A stretch of 64,000 nucleotides of DNA from Eledone cirrhosa. Taxonomy: Eukaryota. The stretch spans positions 222,580,001-222,644,000 of the forward strand of contig OZ024741.1 in the NCBI GenBank assembly GCA_964016885.1, written 5' to 3'. Made by a program: the position numbers and the translations under genes. Numbering within the stretch: the first letter of the stretch is position 1; the number at the start of each line of letters is the position of its first letter. The notes under the pieces are model-generated. The model was not told the DNA's origin and made no database searches. It saw nothing but the letters and a program-made list of their open reading frames with translations. Positions 12,247 through 24,255 of this stretch are shown here, piece after piece.

Positions 12247-12701
12247 GTATCGTTTTTATATCTAATAATGTCGGAAAATTTTTATCTAGATAGGAACACT
12301 TTAAAATTAATGGTTTTCGTCTCATAGAAAGTGAGGCGGTTTTAGGCAGGTTGATATCAAAAGGATTAAAATAGCCAGAGTGCGGTGTTTAACTGAATGA
12401 CGGATTAATTCTACCATACAAGTAAGCTGCGACAGAAAGCAAAGAGCTGAAACATACATTGCAGAGCATTCATTGTCCTACTGCTCTAACAACTCTGTCA
12501 ATTGTTCTCTGCGACAATGCAGTCACCATTTTATCTGGGGAACGCAGTTGAGATATACTACCTTGACTGGGGTGAAGAGTCAGCCGCTCTTTCGCCATTT
12601 CCTTTATTATCGTTATTTAAATTTTTCATTTATTTTTTTTTACTATTACAATTAACTGAGCATTGTACACAATAATTTTCGTTAATATTATTATTATTAT
12701 T

Positions 12702-13085
12702 GAGGACGGTGGATTGGCAGTATCGATAAAGTGTCGGTTAACATGCGTCGCGGCATAGAGTTACGGCCCTTTACGTTCTAGTTCAAATCCTGCCAAATCG
12801 GGGTCGATAGAATAAAGCACCAGTAACGTACTGGGGTCGACTTAATCGACTTTCCTCTCCCCTTCAAATTACTGGCCTTGTGCCTAAAGTAGAAACAATT
12901 TGTGGATTGGCAGTATCGGTAGAGGGTCGGACACCATGCTTTTCAGAATAGAGTTATGGCCCTTTGCGGTCTGAGTTCAAATCCCGCTGAGGTTATCTTT
13001 GCCTTTCACCCTTATGGAGTCGATAAAATAAAGTACCAGTAATGCACTGGGGTAATTGCTGGCCTTGTGCCAAAAGTAGAAAACA
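12702..13085 (+). mobile_element. Head-to-tail SINE dimer embedded in (ATT)n
   Basis: (ATT)n at ~12687-12701; unit 1 ends GTAGAAACAATT (12900); unit 2 12901-13085 is followed by ATTATTATTATT. Confidence 0.88.
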
Positions 13086-13416
13086 ATTATTATTATTATC
13101 CAATTGAAATTCTTCGAATAAAGAACGTCTGTATTTAAGAAGACCTGTTGAAAGTGAAAATTTAAGCTATTTACCGCCTATAGTTGCAGAAATAAGATAA
13201 AAAGGCTTCTGACAATTTGTTAGCCTCACATTTTTTATAGCAGCTAAAGACAATAGACTATGATGTGTCAATGAAATCTAATATCACGACATGCCCATAG
13301 CTCTCACCTTTCCTTCAAACAAAGAACAGACACTTCTAGCTATTAGAATAATAGTTATATTTTGTGTGTGATTAAATCTTAATTTCTTGAAATTATAGAT
13401 ATGTCTGTGTGTGTGA

Positions 13417-13488
<72 letters not shown>

Positions 13489-14172
13489 ATGTGTGTGTGT
13501 GTGTGTGTATGTGTGTGTACATACATTCATATTTATATAATAGATACCACTGAAATATATATAACAATAAAGTAATCTAAACTATAATAAAGGAAGATCA
13601 GCGGGATTGCGTACGGTTTATTTTTTTTTTATCCCGTTTATAAAATAAGTTGGATTACTTATGAATGAATGAATATTACATAATTTATCTACTAAATTTC
13701 ATGGCTGTTCATTAAATATATTTTGTTTATTTAAAGATTCAGTTCTTTAAAATTTCCAAATGTCAACGCCTCCGGTGGCGATCGCTTAATTAAACATACT
13801 AATTTTCCGTCACTAATTTTCTCCTAATGCAGTTTATATATAATATCGTCTTTTTTAATGGATAACGTTACTGATTAAATAAGACAGTGTAACGCAGTCT
13901 TCGTTCAATTTCTACGTATTATATATTGTCAATTACAATTTTATTTGATGTATCATATCTACATGTATATATACCTGTGTATAATATCAATATACACACT
14001 ACACATGCTAGCAGAAAAGCCACCCTCACCCGAAGGGTGGTTTTTCTGCTAGTCAATACAATGACGCTGATTTCTTCACAATTATATATATATATATATA
14101 CACAAATATATACATACATATATATACATATGTATATATATATATGGATGCATATATATATATATATATGGT

Positions 14173-14262
<90 letters not shown>

Positions 14263-14730
14263 GAGAGTGAGAGAGAGATATCAACTAGAAATTGATTTTA
14301 CATATAAGTATATCTAAAATAAATATATGAAACAATCTCAGGGGATAATTTGTAAAAGTGTGTAAGCACACATAGCTAGGTAGGCAACTAAATAAAGTTT
14401 AACTTGAACTTCAAAAATAGATACCTTATACATTGATTAATCTTCCTTGTATATATTCCATTAAAGAAATATATTTCACCAATTAATCGATTGGTAAACG
14501 ACAGTAGCCAGATCCTGGATTTTCAACAAGGAAGAGGTCCAACCATCTGTGTTTATGCATGAAATTCAAATCAGCGACTGGCCAGTAACACGTGCTGTAT
14601 TTACTAAAATACACACATCGTACCAGCTTCGTCCCAGTGGCGTGAATAGGGTTATCGACAACTAGAAATAGCAGTCAAGTCCTTTCAACTTAGTTAGCTC
14701 TACAATTAAGGGGCCGTATTTATATATATC

Positions 14731-14886
14731 CAAAATTAAGTTAAATTAAGGGTGTTAAATTTATATGTCAAGCAATTTCTAGTTGATATAAAATGCTCGG
14801 ATATATCCATTAGAATCTTGGAGCATATTTTACGGGTGATATGGCGCATGTCTATCTGACATGACACCCTTAATTTAATTTAATTT

Positions 14887-14888
<2 letters not shown>
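14731..14888. mobile_element. Small MITE-like element with ~27-bp terminal inverted repeats, in (TA)n context
   Basis: CAAAATTAAGTTAAATTAAGGGTGTTA (14731-14757) versus TGACACCCTTAATTTAATTTAATTTTG (14862-14888); TA runs on both sides. Confidence 0.6.
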
Positions 14889-14956
<68 letters not shown>

Positions 14957-14957
<1 letters not shown>

Positions 14958-15675
14958 TAGTAGAATGGCCCGGCGTTGCTCGGGATTCTAAACATAGATT
15001 GGCATGTTTATCCCTCCTTTCTGAAACAGTTTCGTCGTATGTTCACTAATTGATGCAGAAGTCCTAATAAAAAGTGAAGTCGCTTTGGGTGAATAAGCAA
15101 ATATTTTCCATTAAGATTTTTCAAAAGCATGTAAGTGCGTTCCCTCTCTTTTTTGTTGCTTTTTTGCTGCTGTCGAGCTTCATGAAATAAATACGTTTGT
15201 TTATATTTTGTATGCAAAAATATCTGTACACGAATATATAATTATATATATATATATTAAAATATCAGATTAAAGTTTAAGCGAATAATCGCTGCTTTCA
15301 TCCTTAACGGGATCTTCTGAAACTAAAAAAATCAATCTGTGAACGCAGAAGTAAATATTTCGAAAAACGTTACACACTATATATATACACACACACTATA
15401 TATACATATATACACACCCAGATAGCGTGATAATGTCGTAATGCAGACAGCCAGGCATACAGACAGATATTATAAGGGTCCAACATTATAGCTATGTATC
15501 TATCTAAAAGAGAGGTCGCTAAACGGCGCCTAATGCTGTCCCTAGGGCATTGAAAATTTGAAATATTTTTTGCTCAAAACACTCACACGACTATAATTAT
15601 TACATGTGTAAAGTTTGAAAAAATCGAGTTTTAGGGAGTCAGACAAACAGACAGACATACATTCTCTGTTTTAGA
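14957..15675 (-). mobile_element. Non-autonomous Helitron-like element
   Basis: Minus-strand 3' end CCCGAGCAACGCCGGG hairpin followed by CTAG|T at 14957; candidate 5' end A|TCTAAAACAGAGAATGTATGTCTGTCTG at ~15675 (less certain). Confidence 0.6.
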
Positions 15676-16396
15676 TATACTCTTTTACTCTTTTACCTGT
15701 TTCAGCATTCCGGCTGAGGCCATGCTGGGGCACCGCCCTTGATATATATATATATATAGATAGATAGATAAATAGATAGATAGATATACATATATATAAA
15801 TTTATAAATATATATATAAATATAAAAATATACACATATAATATATATATATATATATACTATAAATTATGTCCATAGAATCATTTGATAAGATATACAC
15901 ACTATTTCCTCTCCCAATTAGCATAATCAACCACACAAAAAACCAATTAAACCAGGCTATAAGATTAAAAGGCACCTATAAAGAAATAATAGATAAATAA
16001 ACGACAGTCATCTATTCGCGATCAACAGCTATAGAATATTTCCCCAGCATTTCAATAGCACGTGGAAATCGATTAAATATATCGTCAACCATACACAATT
16101 AGGTATAAAATTAAAGTTAGAAGAAAAAATGTATATAAACATACCAGGATTACGTTTCTATCCCTTAGGGTTTCATTCGCTTTTGGAAATATCCGATCAA
16201 GGATAAATTCTCGAGCTTCGAAATCATCAGGAAACAAACTCACTTGGACGAAGATTTTTCTTAAATGATCCCCGCCAGAAACGAATTAAAAATGGCTAAG
16301 AACTGTGACGTGGCAGTGGTCAAGTCAGAAATATATGTGAATGAAAAATGGCGTGCTGCGTGGTTGCGAATATATATATATATATATATATATATA

Positions 16397-16425
16397 TTCG
16401 CAACAACGCAGCACGCCATTTTTTA

Positions 16426-16498
<73 letters not shown>

Positions 16499-16785
16499 TA
16501 TGTATATGTATATATATATATATGTATATGTATATATATATATGTATTTATATATATAGACGGGAGGAAGTGAGAGAGGAGGAGTAGCAGAGAGTGAGTG
16601 AGTGAAAGTGTGAGGAAGGGGCCAGCCGAGTGAATGTGACCAGCAGCGGGGTGGAAGAAAGCAAGAGGTAAAGGAGAGAGAAGGGGGAGAGAGAAGGGGG
16701 ATAGCAGTAAGGTGACAGAAAAAATACGAACCACAGCGAAGGGAAAAAATATATGTGAATGAAAAATGGCGTGCTGCGTTGTTGC

Positions 16786-16788
<3 letters not shown>
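16397..16788. mobile_element. MITE-like element with ~34-bp TIRs inside (TA)n; a third TIR copy at 16335-16370
   Basis: TTCGCAACAACGCAGCACGCCATTTTT (16397-16430) and AAAAATGGCGTGCTGCGTTGTTGCGAA (ending 16788) are inverted repeats flanked by TA runs. Confidence 0.6.
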
Positions 16789-16842
<54 letters not shown>

Positions 16843-16890
16843 GTGTATATTTTTATATTTATATATATTTTTATAAATTTATATATATGT

Positions 16891-16959
<69 letters not shown>

Positions 16960-17002
16960 AGTCTTCAAATTTATCATTATTACTATATATATATATATTA
17001 TT

Positions 17003-17072
<70 letters not shown>

Positions 17073-17912
17073 AATAATATATATATATATATATAGTAAT
17101 AATGATAAATTTGAAGACTAAAATTCAAAGAGGGCTCGATAAGGATGAATATATATCAAATATATAAGAACCCTAGAGCAAATATTGAAATAACAGATTA
17201 AATTTTAAGCAAAGAATCGCAGCGATTCTTTCCTTAAACTTTAATCTGTTATTTTAATAAATATATATATTATATATATATTATATATAAACAACCCGGT
17301 CGTGAGCTTACTTCGATTTGTGCATTTCTTTTCCAATTTTTTGTAATTCCTTTCCACATTATGAATGCACCCGCCAAAAACAGGGGTTACCTTCCTTGCA
17401 GGGTAACCACGTGAGGTAGTGGCTTCACTAATGCTTCATTTGAACCTGGTAGGCGTTTGAGAGCAAAAACCTGTTGACAAAGTGTCTACCTTGTTCGATC
17501 ATTATACCAAAAGCTTACAACGAAAGCAGACAGTATACTTGATTTAGGGGTCACAGATACCTCCCACTGGATTTTACCACCAAGTTCCAGGAAGGTCCAG
17601 GTAAAATTTTTTGTTAACATGTTTAGCTTGGTCGTTTTTTCGGCTGCCTGGCTTGTCAATTCACAGCCACTTTTATAATGTGTCTGACCTTTATAACGTA
17701 TGTTAATTGCTTTGGCTTCTTCCTAGTCCATTGAACGCTTGCCGGCATATCTCGAAAATTGCGTTTTGTTTTGTTTTGGCCGCCGCCGAAATACGATCTC
17801 GCCTTAAATTATATTTGTATATATATAAATATATATATATATTGTACATATCTGTATTAATATATATGTGATATAATATAGATAATATATATATATATAT
17901 ATATATATAGTC

Positions 17913-17943
<31 letters not shown>

Positions 17944-17949
17944 CATATG

Positions 17950-18090
<141 letters not shown>

Positions 18091-18105
18091 TTATATATAT
18101 ATTTA

Positions 18106-18156
<51 letters not shown>

Positions 18157-18412
18157 TTATATATATATATTTATTTATTTATTTATTTATTAAATTTCTT
18201 CCGAGTTGTTTTGCAATTGAGCTTGAGAATATCGGCACCTGTGATGTTTAAAATGGTATCATACCTAAAACCTATCTGATACTTACTGCACAGGAATTAT
18301 TTTCGACTGCATAAACAACTAATATCTGCTTTAATCCATATCTTATCTGACCTCACCCTCTGCTACATTCTTTCCGAAAATTTAATTAGTAAACATCCAT
18401 TATGTATGTATG

Positions 18413-18443
<31 letters not shown>

Positions 18444-18621
18444 CTCTTTCTCTTAATTTCGAGTATATTTTTTTGACCGGCCACCTTCCTGGTGGCAAGG
18501 TTGTAAAAGAAAAGAAATTGTCATCCCTTGAATCACAAGAATGTTTTGCAAATTTTGAAAGTGCCAGCTATCGCAGCCATTTGTAGACTATGAATTAGGT
18601 AGCTGTGCTTTTTATCCGCAA

Positions 18622-18652
<31 letters not shown>

Positions 18653-18800
18653 TGTATGTATGTATGTATTATGTATGTATGTATGTATGTATGTATGTAT
18701 GTATGTATGTATGTATGTATGTATGTATGTATGTACGTGTGTGTGCGTGTCTGTATATTGTATATATATAATCGTAATATATATAATTTATGCATGTGTG

Positions 18801-18893
<93 letters not shown>

Positions 18894-19472
18894 ATGTATA
18901 TTTGTATACGTATCTTTTAATTTTGGCATTTTTTAAAAATAAATTGTGTGAACGCTGTCTACCCTATTGGACGTATCTGCGTATATAGACTTTTACGGTC
19001 TCCCCCCCTCTCTCTCTCTCTCTCAGCCTCTCTCTCTTTCTCTCTTTGTGTATAATATCATTATGCGAATGTATGTGAGTGTGTGTTTCTGCTTGTTTGT
19101 GAGAGTGCGTGTGCCTGTATGTGTGAGTGCAGTTATATATATATAAACATGCCGGAGGGACAACACAATATAATCAAGCAGACAATAAAATAACTCATTA
19201 AAATTCATTCAGACATTAAATAATGTTTCGTGTTCTTACTGAACTCATCAGTGACGAGTGTAAGAGGAATTTTAAATACGTTCATTATTTACAGTACTTC
19301 GAGCCAGAAAAAGAAATTAATTGGTTATCTTTTTCTATTGACCGACTGATCGACATAGACCAAAAAAAATTAACGAGTAATATATACTTACGATTTCCCT
19401 CGTAGTAAATAACTGTTGATGGCTAACATTTCAAACTGTTCAGCTTCGTGATGAAAGTGTGTTAAATGTTAT

Positions 19473-19690
19473 AAAGGCAGCAAGTTAACAGAATTGTTAG
19501 AACGTCGGATAGAATGTATTGCGGTATTCGTTCTGGGAGGAAACAACACATCACCCGGTCTGAGAATTGAACTTACAACCTTTAGATTGCAAGCCCAATG
19601 CTCTAACCACTACAAGTCCCGCCGATTAAACTTTGCTTTTCGTCCTTTCGAGGTCATTAAAAATGTACCAGTTAAGTACAGGGGATCGAT
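19473..19690 (+). mobile_element. Old diverged SINE copy containing an inverted tRNA-like head fragment
   Basis: AAGGCAGC..CAGAAT..TCCCGCCGA..AACTTTGCTTTTCGTCC..GTACCAGT resembles the SINE; 19555-19612 reverse-complements to TAGTGGTTAGAGC..AGTTCAATTC (A/B box-like). Confidence 0.5.
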
Positions 19691-20299
19691 TCTTCCTCTG
19701 TCTCTCTCACTCTCTCTCTCTCCGTCTCTCTCTCTCTCTCTCTCTCCCTCTCTCCCTCTCTCTCTCACTCTCCCTCTCTCTCTCGAAGAAATCAGTTGTG
19801 TTCAGACCTAAAGAGGAATAGGTTCTGCCAGGTTTTAAAAAATGCCCATGACACGCTATAATAGAATACTGCAATAGACTCCAATACTAAACTGGTACCT
19901 TTTTTATCGAAATCGGAAGAAAAGACACGTGTACCCAAGGCCGGATGCTGGACGGGTTGTTACAGTCCGAGACCACCGGAGGTTTCTATGGCTGGATGCC
20001 CTTCGTAAAATAACCATTTTAGAATATTTACTGGGTGCATTGTTTTTGCGAGATCAGCACAACCTCTTTACACTGTTGACTAGGTACATTCTATCAAGGC
20101 ACCAACACTAACAATTTACAGGATGTACTGAGCATATTTTATCGTACCATTAGCACTAAAGAGATCGTTACATGCTCGGCCAGATTAACGTGTTCTCTTA
20201 AACACTATATTGTCTCAATTCGATTGCCAAACACTGTTGCCTCTCATCACACTTACGTTTAGTGTCCCGCTGCTTGTACTGGTGGTCATGTCTTTTGTG

Positions 20300-20560
20300 T
20301 TATGGTATATGGCATATCATCAATCACTTCTGTTCTATGCCAGACTCCTTCGTCGGGTTTAGTTTCTTGATGTCATTCTTTACGACTTCGTCCCATGTTT
20401 TCCTTGATCTTCCATTTCAAGCGTTTTGTACATTTTTTATACAACTCTCGCTCTCCGTTTGTATAACATGTCCATATCAGTGCAATCGTCATTCTTTTAC
20501 AGTATATTCAACTAAATTTTTTTCTCAGCTCACTTGTGCTCAGTCGTTCACATACTCTAA
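20300..20560 (-). mobile_element. Degenerate RTE-like LINE C-terminal fragment
   Basis: Minus-strand translation RLH*YGHV..GRSRKTWDEVVKND resembles the RLRWxGHV..GRPxxxW motif of RTE-type ORF2 ends. Confidence 0.5.
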
Positions 20561-20734
20561 TATTGCACGGTGACAAATGTCTACGAACACACAGGAAAAC
20601 AGGCCATACACGAACACGCACACACACACACACACACACAAACAAACACATTGCCACAACCATCTGATGTCGCTTACGTAAAAAAAGGTTTGACGACTCT
20701 ATGTAAGCGACATCAAATGCTTTTTATTATTAAA

Positions 20735-20785
20735 TACCAGTAATACACTGGAATAATTGCTGGCCTTGTGCCAAAAGTAGAAACA
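20735..20785 (+). mobile_element. SINE 3' stub flanked by TTATTA
   Basis: TACCAGTAATACACTGGAATAATTGCTGGCCTTGTGCCAAAAGTAGAAACA followed by ATTATT; TTATTAAAT on both sides. Confidence 0.8.
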
Positions 20786-21417
20786 ATTATTAAATTGTCC
20801 TAATAACAATCTGATGTCTTTAACGTTGAGAAAATTTGATGAATTTTGCCCCAGTAAGGGCATTAAATACTTTTCGCTAAAACATAGTTCTCGTTGTCAA
20901 AGGGATAAAACTAAAAGTCCCAGCTGAGGGCACAAATAAATTGCTACTGCCATCGCTGCCCCCGCCCCCGCTGTCCCCAATAAATCCGTCCCTGCGTGTA
21001 TCCGTCCCAAATCAAATCAGCGTAACATAATTAACACAATACGGGGCAAGGCTTGACCTTTGAATTATATGTACAATCCATCCGACGGGCATCCACATAG
21101 TTTCCGTCTACACAGTCTTTCTTACTCACAAGGTTTTGGTCGACTCGCGGCTACGCTAAAAACAATTGCACGCAGTAGGATCGAACCCATGACCATATGA
21201 TTACAAAACGAACTTCTTAATTACTTAAATTTGCCTGCATCTATTCCATGTGTGTGAGAATGAGAGAGAGAGGGGGGGGGGGGAATATATATATATATAT
21301 ATATATGCATACATGTATATACTTGCATACACATACATGCATCAATACATACATACATACATACATACATACATACATACATACATACATACATACATAC
21401 ATACATACATACATACA

Positions 21418-21471
21418 CGTTATAACAACTTTTGTATTTGTATGTACGCTCTCTTGTGGCTAATAAAGAAA
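21418..21471 (+). mobile_element. Tx1-family 3'-terminal stub upstream of (TTC)n
   Basis: TGTACGCTCTCTTGTGGCTAATAAAGAAA matches the Tx1 terminus of copy A (TGTACGCCCCTGTGGCAAATAAAGAAA); lies between (CATA)n and (TTC)n. Confidence 0.65.
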
Positions 21472-21876
21472 TTCTTCTTCTTCTTCTTCTTCTTCTTCTT
21501 CTTCTTCTTCTTCTTCTTCTTCTTCTTCTTCGTCGTCATCATCATTATTATTATTATTATTTCATATTCTAAGAAGTTATTTTTATTCCCATTTCTCGAG
21601 TACAATTCGTAACAAACAAGTTATTAACTCCATCTGGTTCAATGCCCAGTAAATTAGGTATGGTAGGGGTGGGATAGTGTAGGGCAGATAATTCCAAACG
21701 AAATAAAAGACAAATAGTACAAACGAAAATGTGGAGAAAAAAAATCTTTGTTTCCTTTCATCTTTTTGTTTTCCTTTCCTCTTTCTTCATTTCTTTCTTC
21801 CTTTTTCATCTCTTTAATTATTTATTTAGTTTATTTGAATTATTTATCATTTGGCTTTTATCATCAACATTATCCA

Positions 21877-22172
21877 TGACCACCACCACCGCCACCACCA
21901 CCATCGCCACCACCGCCACCACCACCACCACCACCACCATCATCATCATCACCACCATCACCACCGCCACCACCACCACCGCTGCCACCGCCACCACCAC
22001 CACCACCACCACCATCATCGTCATCACCACCATCACCACCGCCACCACCACCGCTGCCACCGCCACCACCACCACCACCACCACCACCACCATCATCATC
22101 ATCACCATCATCACCACCACCATCACCACCGCCACCACCACCGCTGCCACCGCCACCACCGCCACCACCACC

Positions 22173-22203
<31 letters not shown>

Positions 22204-22240
22204 GCATAATTATAGAAATATCCCCCCCACCACCACCACT
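21877..22240. repeat. Triplet-mosaic minisatellite (ACC/ATC/GCC) with recurring ~60-75 bp blocks
   Basis: Marker CCGCTGCCACCGCC recurs at ~21979, ~22051 and ~22141. Confidence 0.9.
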
Positions 22241-22357
22241 ACAATCATCCTCCTGCTTCTTCCCAGCGTCACAAATAAGTGAATAAGTGATAACTGTAAT
22301 TAAGAGAAGATAATATTGTTGCTGTTGTTGTTGTTGTTGATCTTCTTCTTCTTCTGC

Positions 22358-22407
<50 letters not shown>

Positions 22408-22410
22408 GTT

Positions 22411-22468
<58 letters not shown>

Positions 22469-24032
22469 CATTGAAAGACTTAGTGTTTGGGATAAGCTTG
22501 CACCCATACACCTGGTAAATAAACCTCCGTATATTTTCTCTCATTATCCCTATCCCATCCAACTCTATCCCAGCACATCTTTTAATTGCAGCCAGGCCTT
22601 TGTAAGTTGTACGAATAAAGTTCGTACTTTTTTATTCCTAGACATTTGGAAGGCGTTGCAGGTGAGTGGTGCCAATAATCTGAACCAACCACTTGAAAGA
22701 TATTTAGAAAAATGAAAATAACTTTAATGTGGAAGTCATTGCAGGGGATAGGCGTCAATTATTTCAACCACACGAATATAAATATATGTATATTTTTTAT
22801 TTCATTTTTTTTTCTCAAACAATGTTCATGTCGGAATATGAAAAAGGTTTTGCAAATGAGAGATGTCAATTGTTCTCAAACGACCAATTAAAAAGACATG
22901 AAAAAATATAAACAAAAATGTTAAATGTTAATGACAAATTATGAGAAAGATGTTGCAAGTGAGAGGAGTCAATTAATCTCAACTAACCAATTAGAAAAAT
23001 GCGAACAAAAAATAATAAATATATTTTGATGTTCATGCTGTTAAGAAGTCCTTGGCAAAACCCTGCCAAAGTTCCTGCTAGCGTACCAAACAACAACAAA
23101 CCCAAAGTATTGCCTTCTTATTGGTCGCGTGTTTCGCATGTTTCGAGACGAAGCCATTGGATATTTGGTGTTAAAATTAGGACCTTCCTAACGCATACTG
23201 GACAATGTGGGAGACATTACACCGACCAATTAAAAGACACAAAATATAAATATTTTTAAAATTAAATTTCTGTGTAGTTGGCATCCTTCGTTACAGGATA
23301 TTCCACATGATATAAACGCCGTAGGATATTCTTTCAAATACCAGTGGTAATTTGGTGGTTTGGTTGCATTCGTCACTTTTGTGATTCAAGATACAAGTAT
23401 GATTGAAGTGTCGTTGTTTGAATTTAACTTCAAGCATGCGTGCATAATGTTTCCCTGCAATGCTTACGTTTCATTTGGTGTAAGTGAATTTTGCCCCGTA
23501 GATAATCGTTTCTGAAGATTTTTATAATTTATTTTTGCGGAACATTTTGGCGGTAACTTTGAATGCAGGCGGTGGAGATACAAAAAAGAAACAACGTGCT
23601 TATTATTGTTGGCCTGTGCAGGAGAGAATAATATTGTCAGAAATCAGCAATTATACAGTCGGAAAGTGCCGAAACTAACTGTGATACAGCTGGAAAATGA
23701 CGAAGCCAACATACAATTGGAAAGTGTCAAGATCGATAGAATAGCTGCCAATCTAGTACTAATATCGATTTAATGTACTGTACACTTTAACTAACAACTG
23801 TGGTCTTCTGCCTATGTTAGACACTATTATTAAGAGCCAAACTATAGAGTGTACTGACACTCAGCCTCAGAATAAAACTACAAAAAAAAACAAAAAAAAA
23901 ACGAGCCAATGAGAGAGGTTGTAAAAGGTGTGTTGTCCTGCTAGAAATATCAATTAAATCCTGTTCAAACTACATCCTTTAATCTTAAAAAATGAAAGCA
24001 TATATTGGATAATTTAGTCCTATGATAATTCA

Positions 24033-24208
24033 ATTCTTCTTCTTCTTCTTCTTCTTCTTCTTCTTCTTCTTCTTCTTCTTCTTCTTCTTCTTCTTCTTCT
24101 TCTTCTTCTTCTTCTTCTTCTTCTTCTTCTTCTTCTTCTTCTCCTCCTCCTCCTGCTCCGGCTCCTCCCCCCTCCTCCTCCTCATTCTTCTTCTTCTTCT
24201 TCTTCTTC

Positions 24209-24243
<35 letters not shown>

Positions 24244-24255
24244 GTTATTGTTATT
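24033..24255. repeat. Compound microsatellite (TTC)n-(CTC)n-(TTC)n-(ATT)n
   Basis: Direct reading; the ATT part abuts the 3' end of the RLE element. Confidence 0.95.

Noticed and set aside
1566-13085. tRNA genes suggested by GTTCAAATCC B-boxes
   Set aside because: No cloverleaf or Pol III terminator at tRNA length; each continues into a shared SINE body and tail
17290-17810. Complex-sequence island between (TA)n tracts
   Set aside because: No ORF motif, termini or second copy identifiable without a database search
21729-22562. Poly-His, poly-Thr and poly-Val ORFs that resemble a mucin or His-rich protein
   Set aside because: Triplet-mosaic repeat open in several frames on both strands, with no splice or domain context
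22580-23700. Possible decayed THAP/P-element-like transposase on the minus strand
   Set aside because: Only vague similarity by eye; no complete motif or TIR could be read
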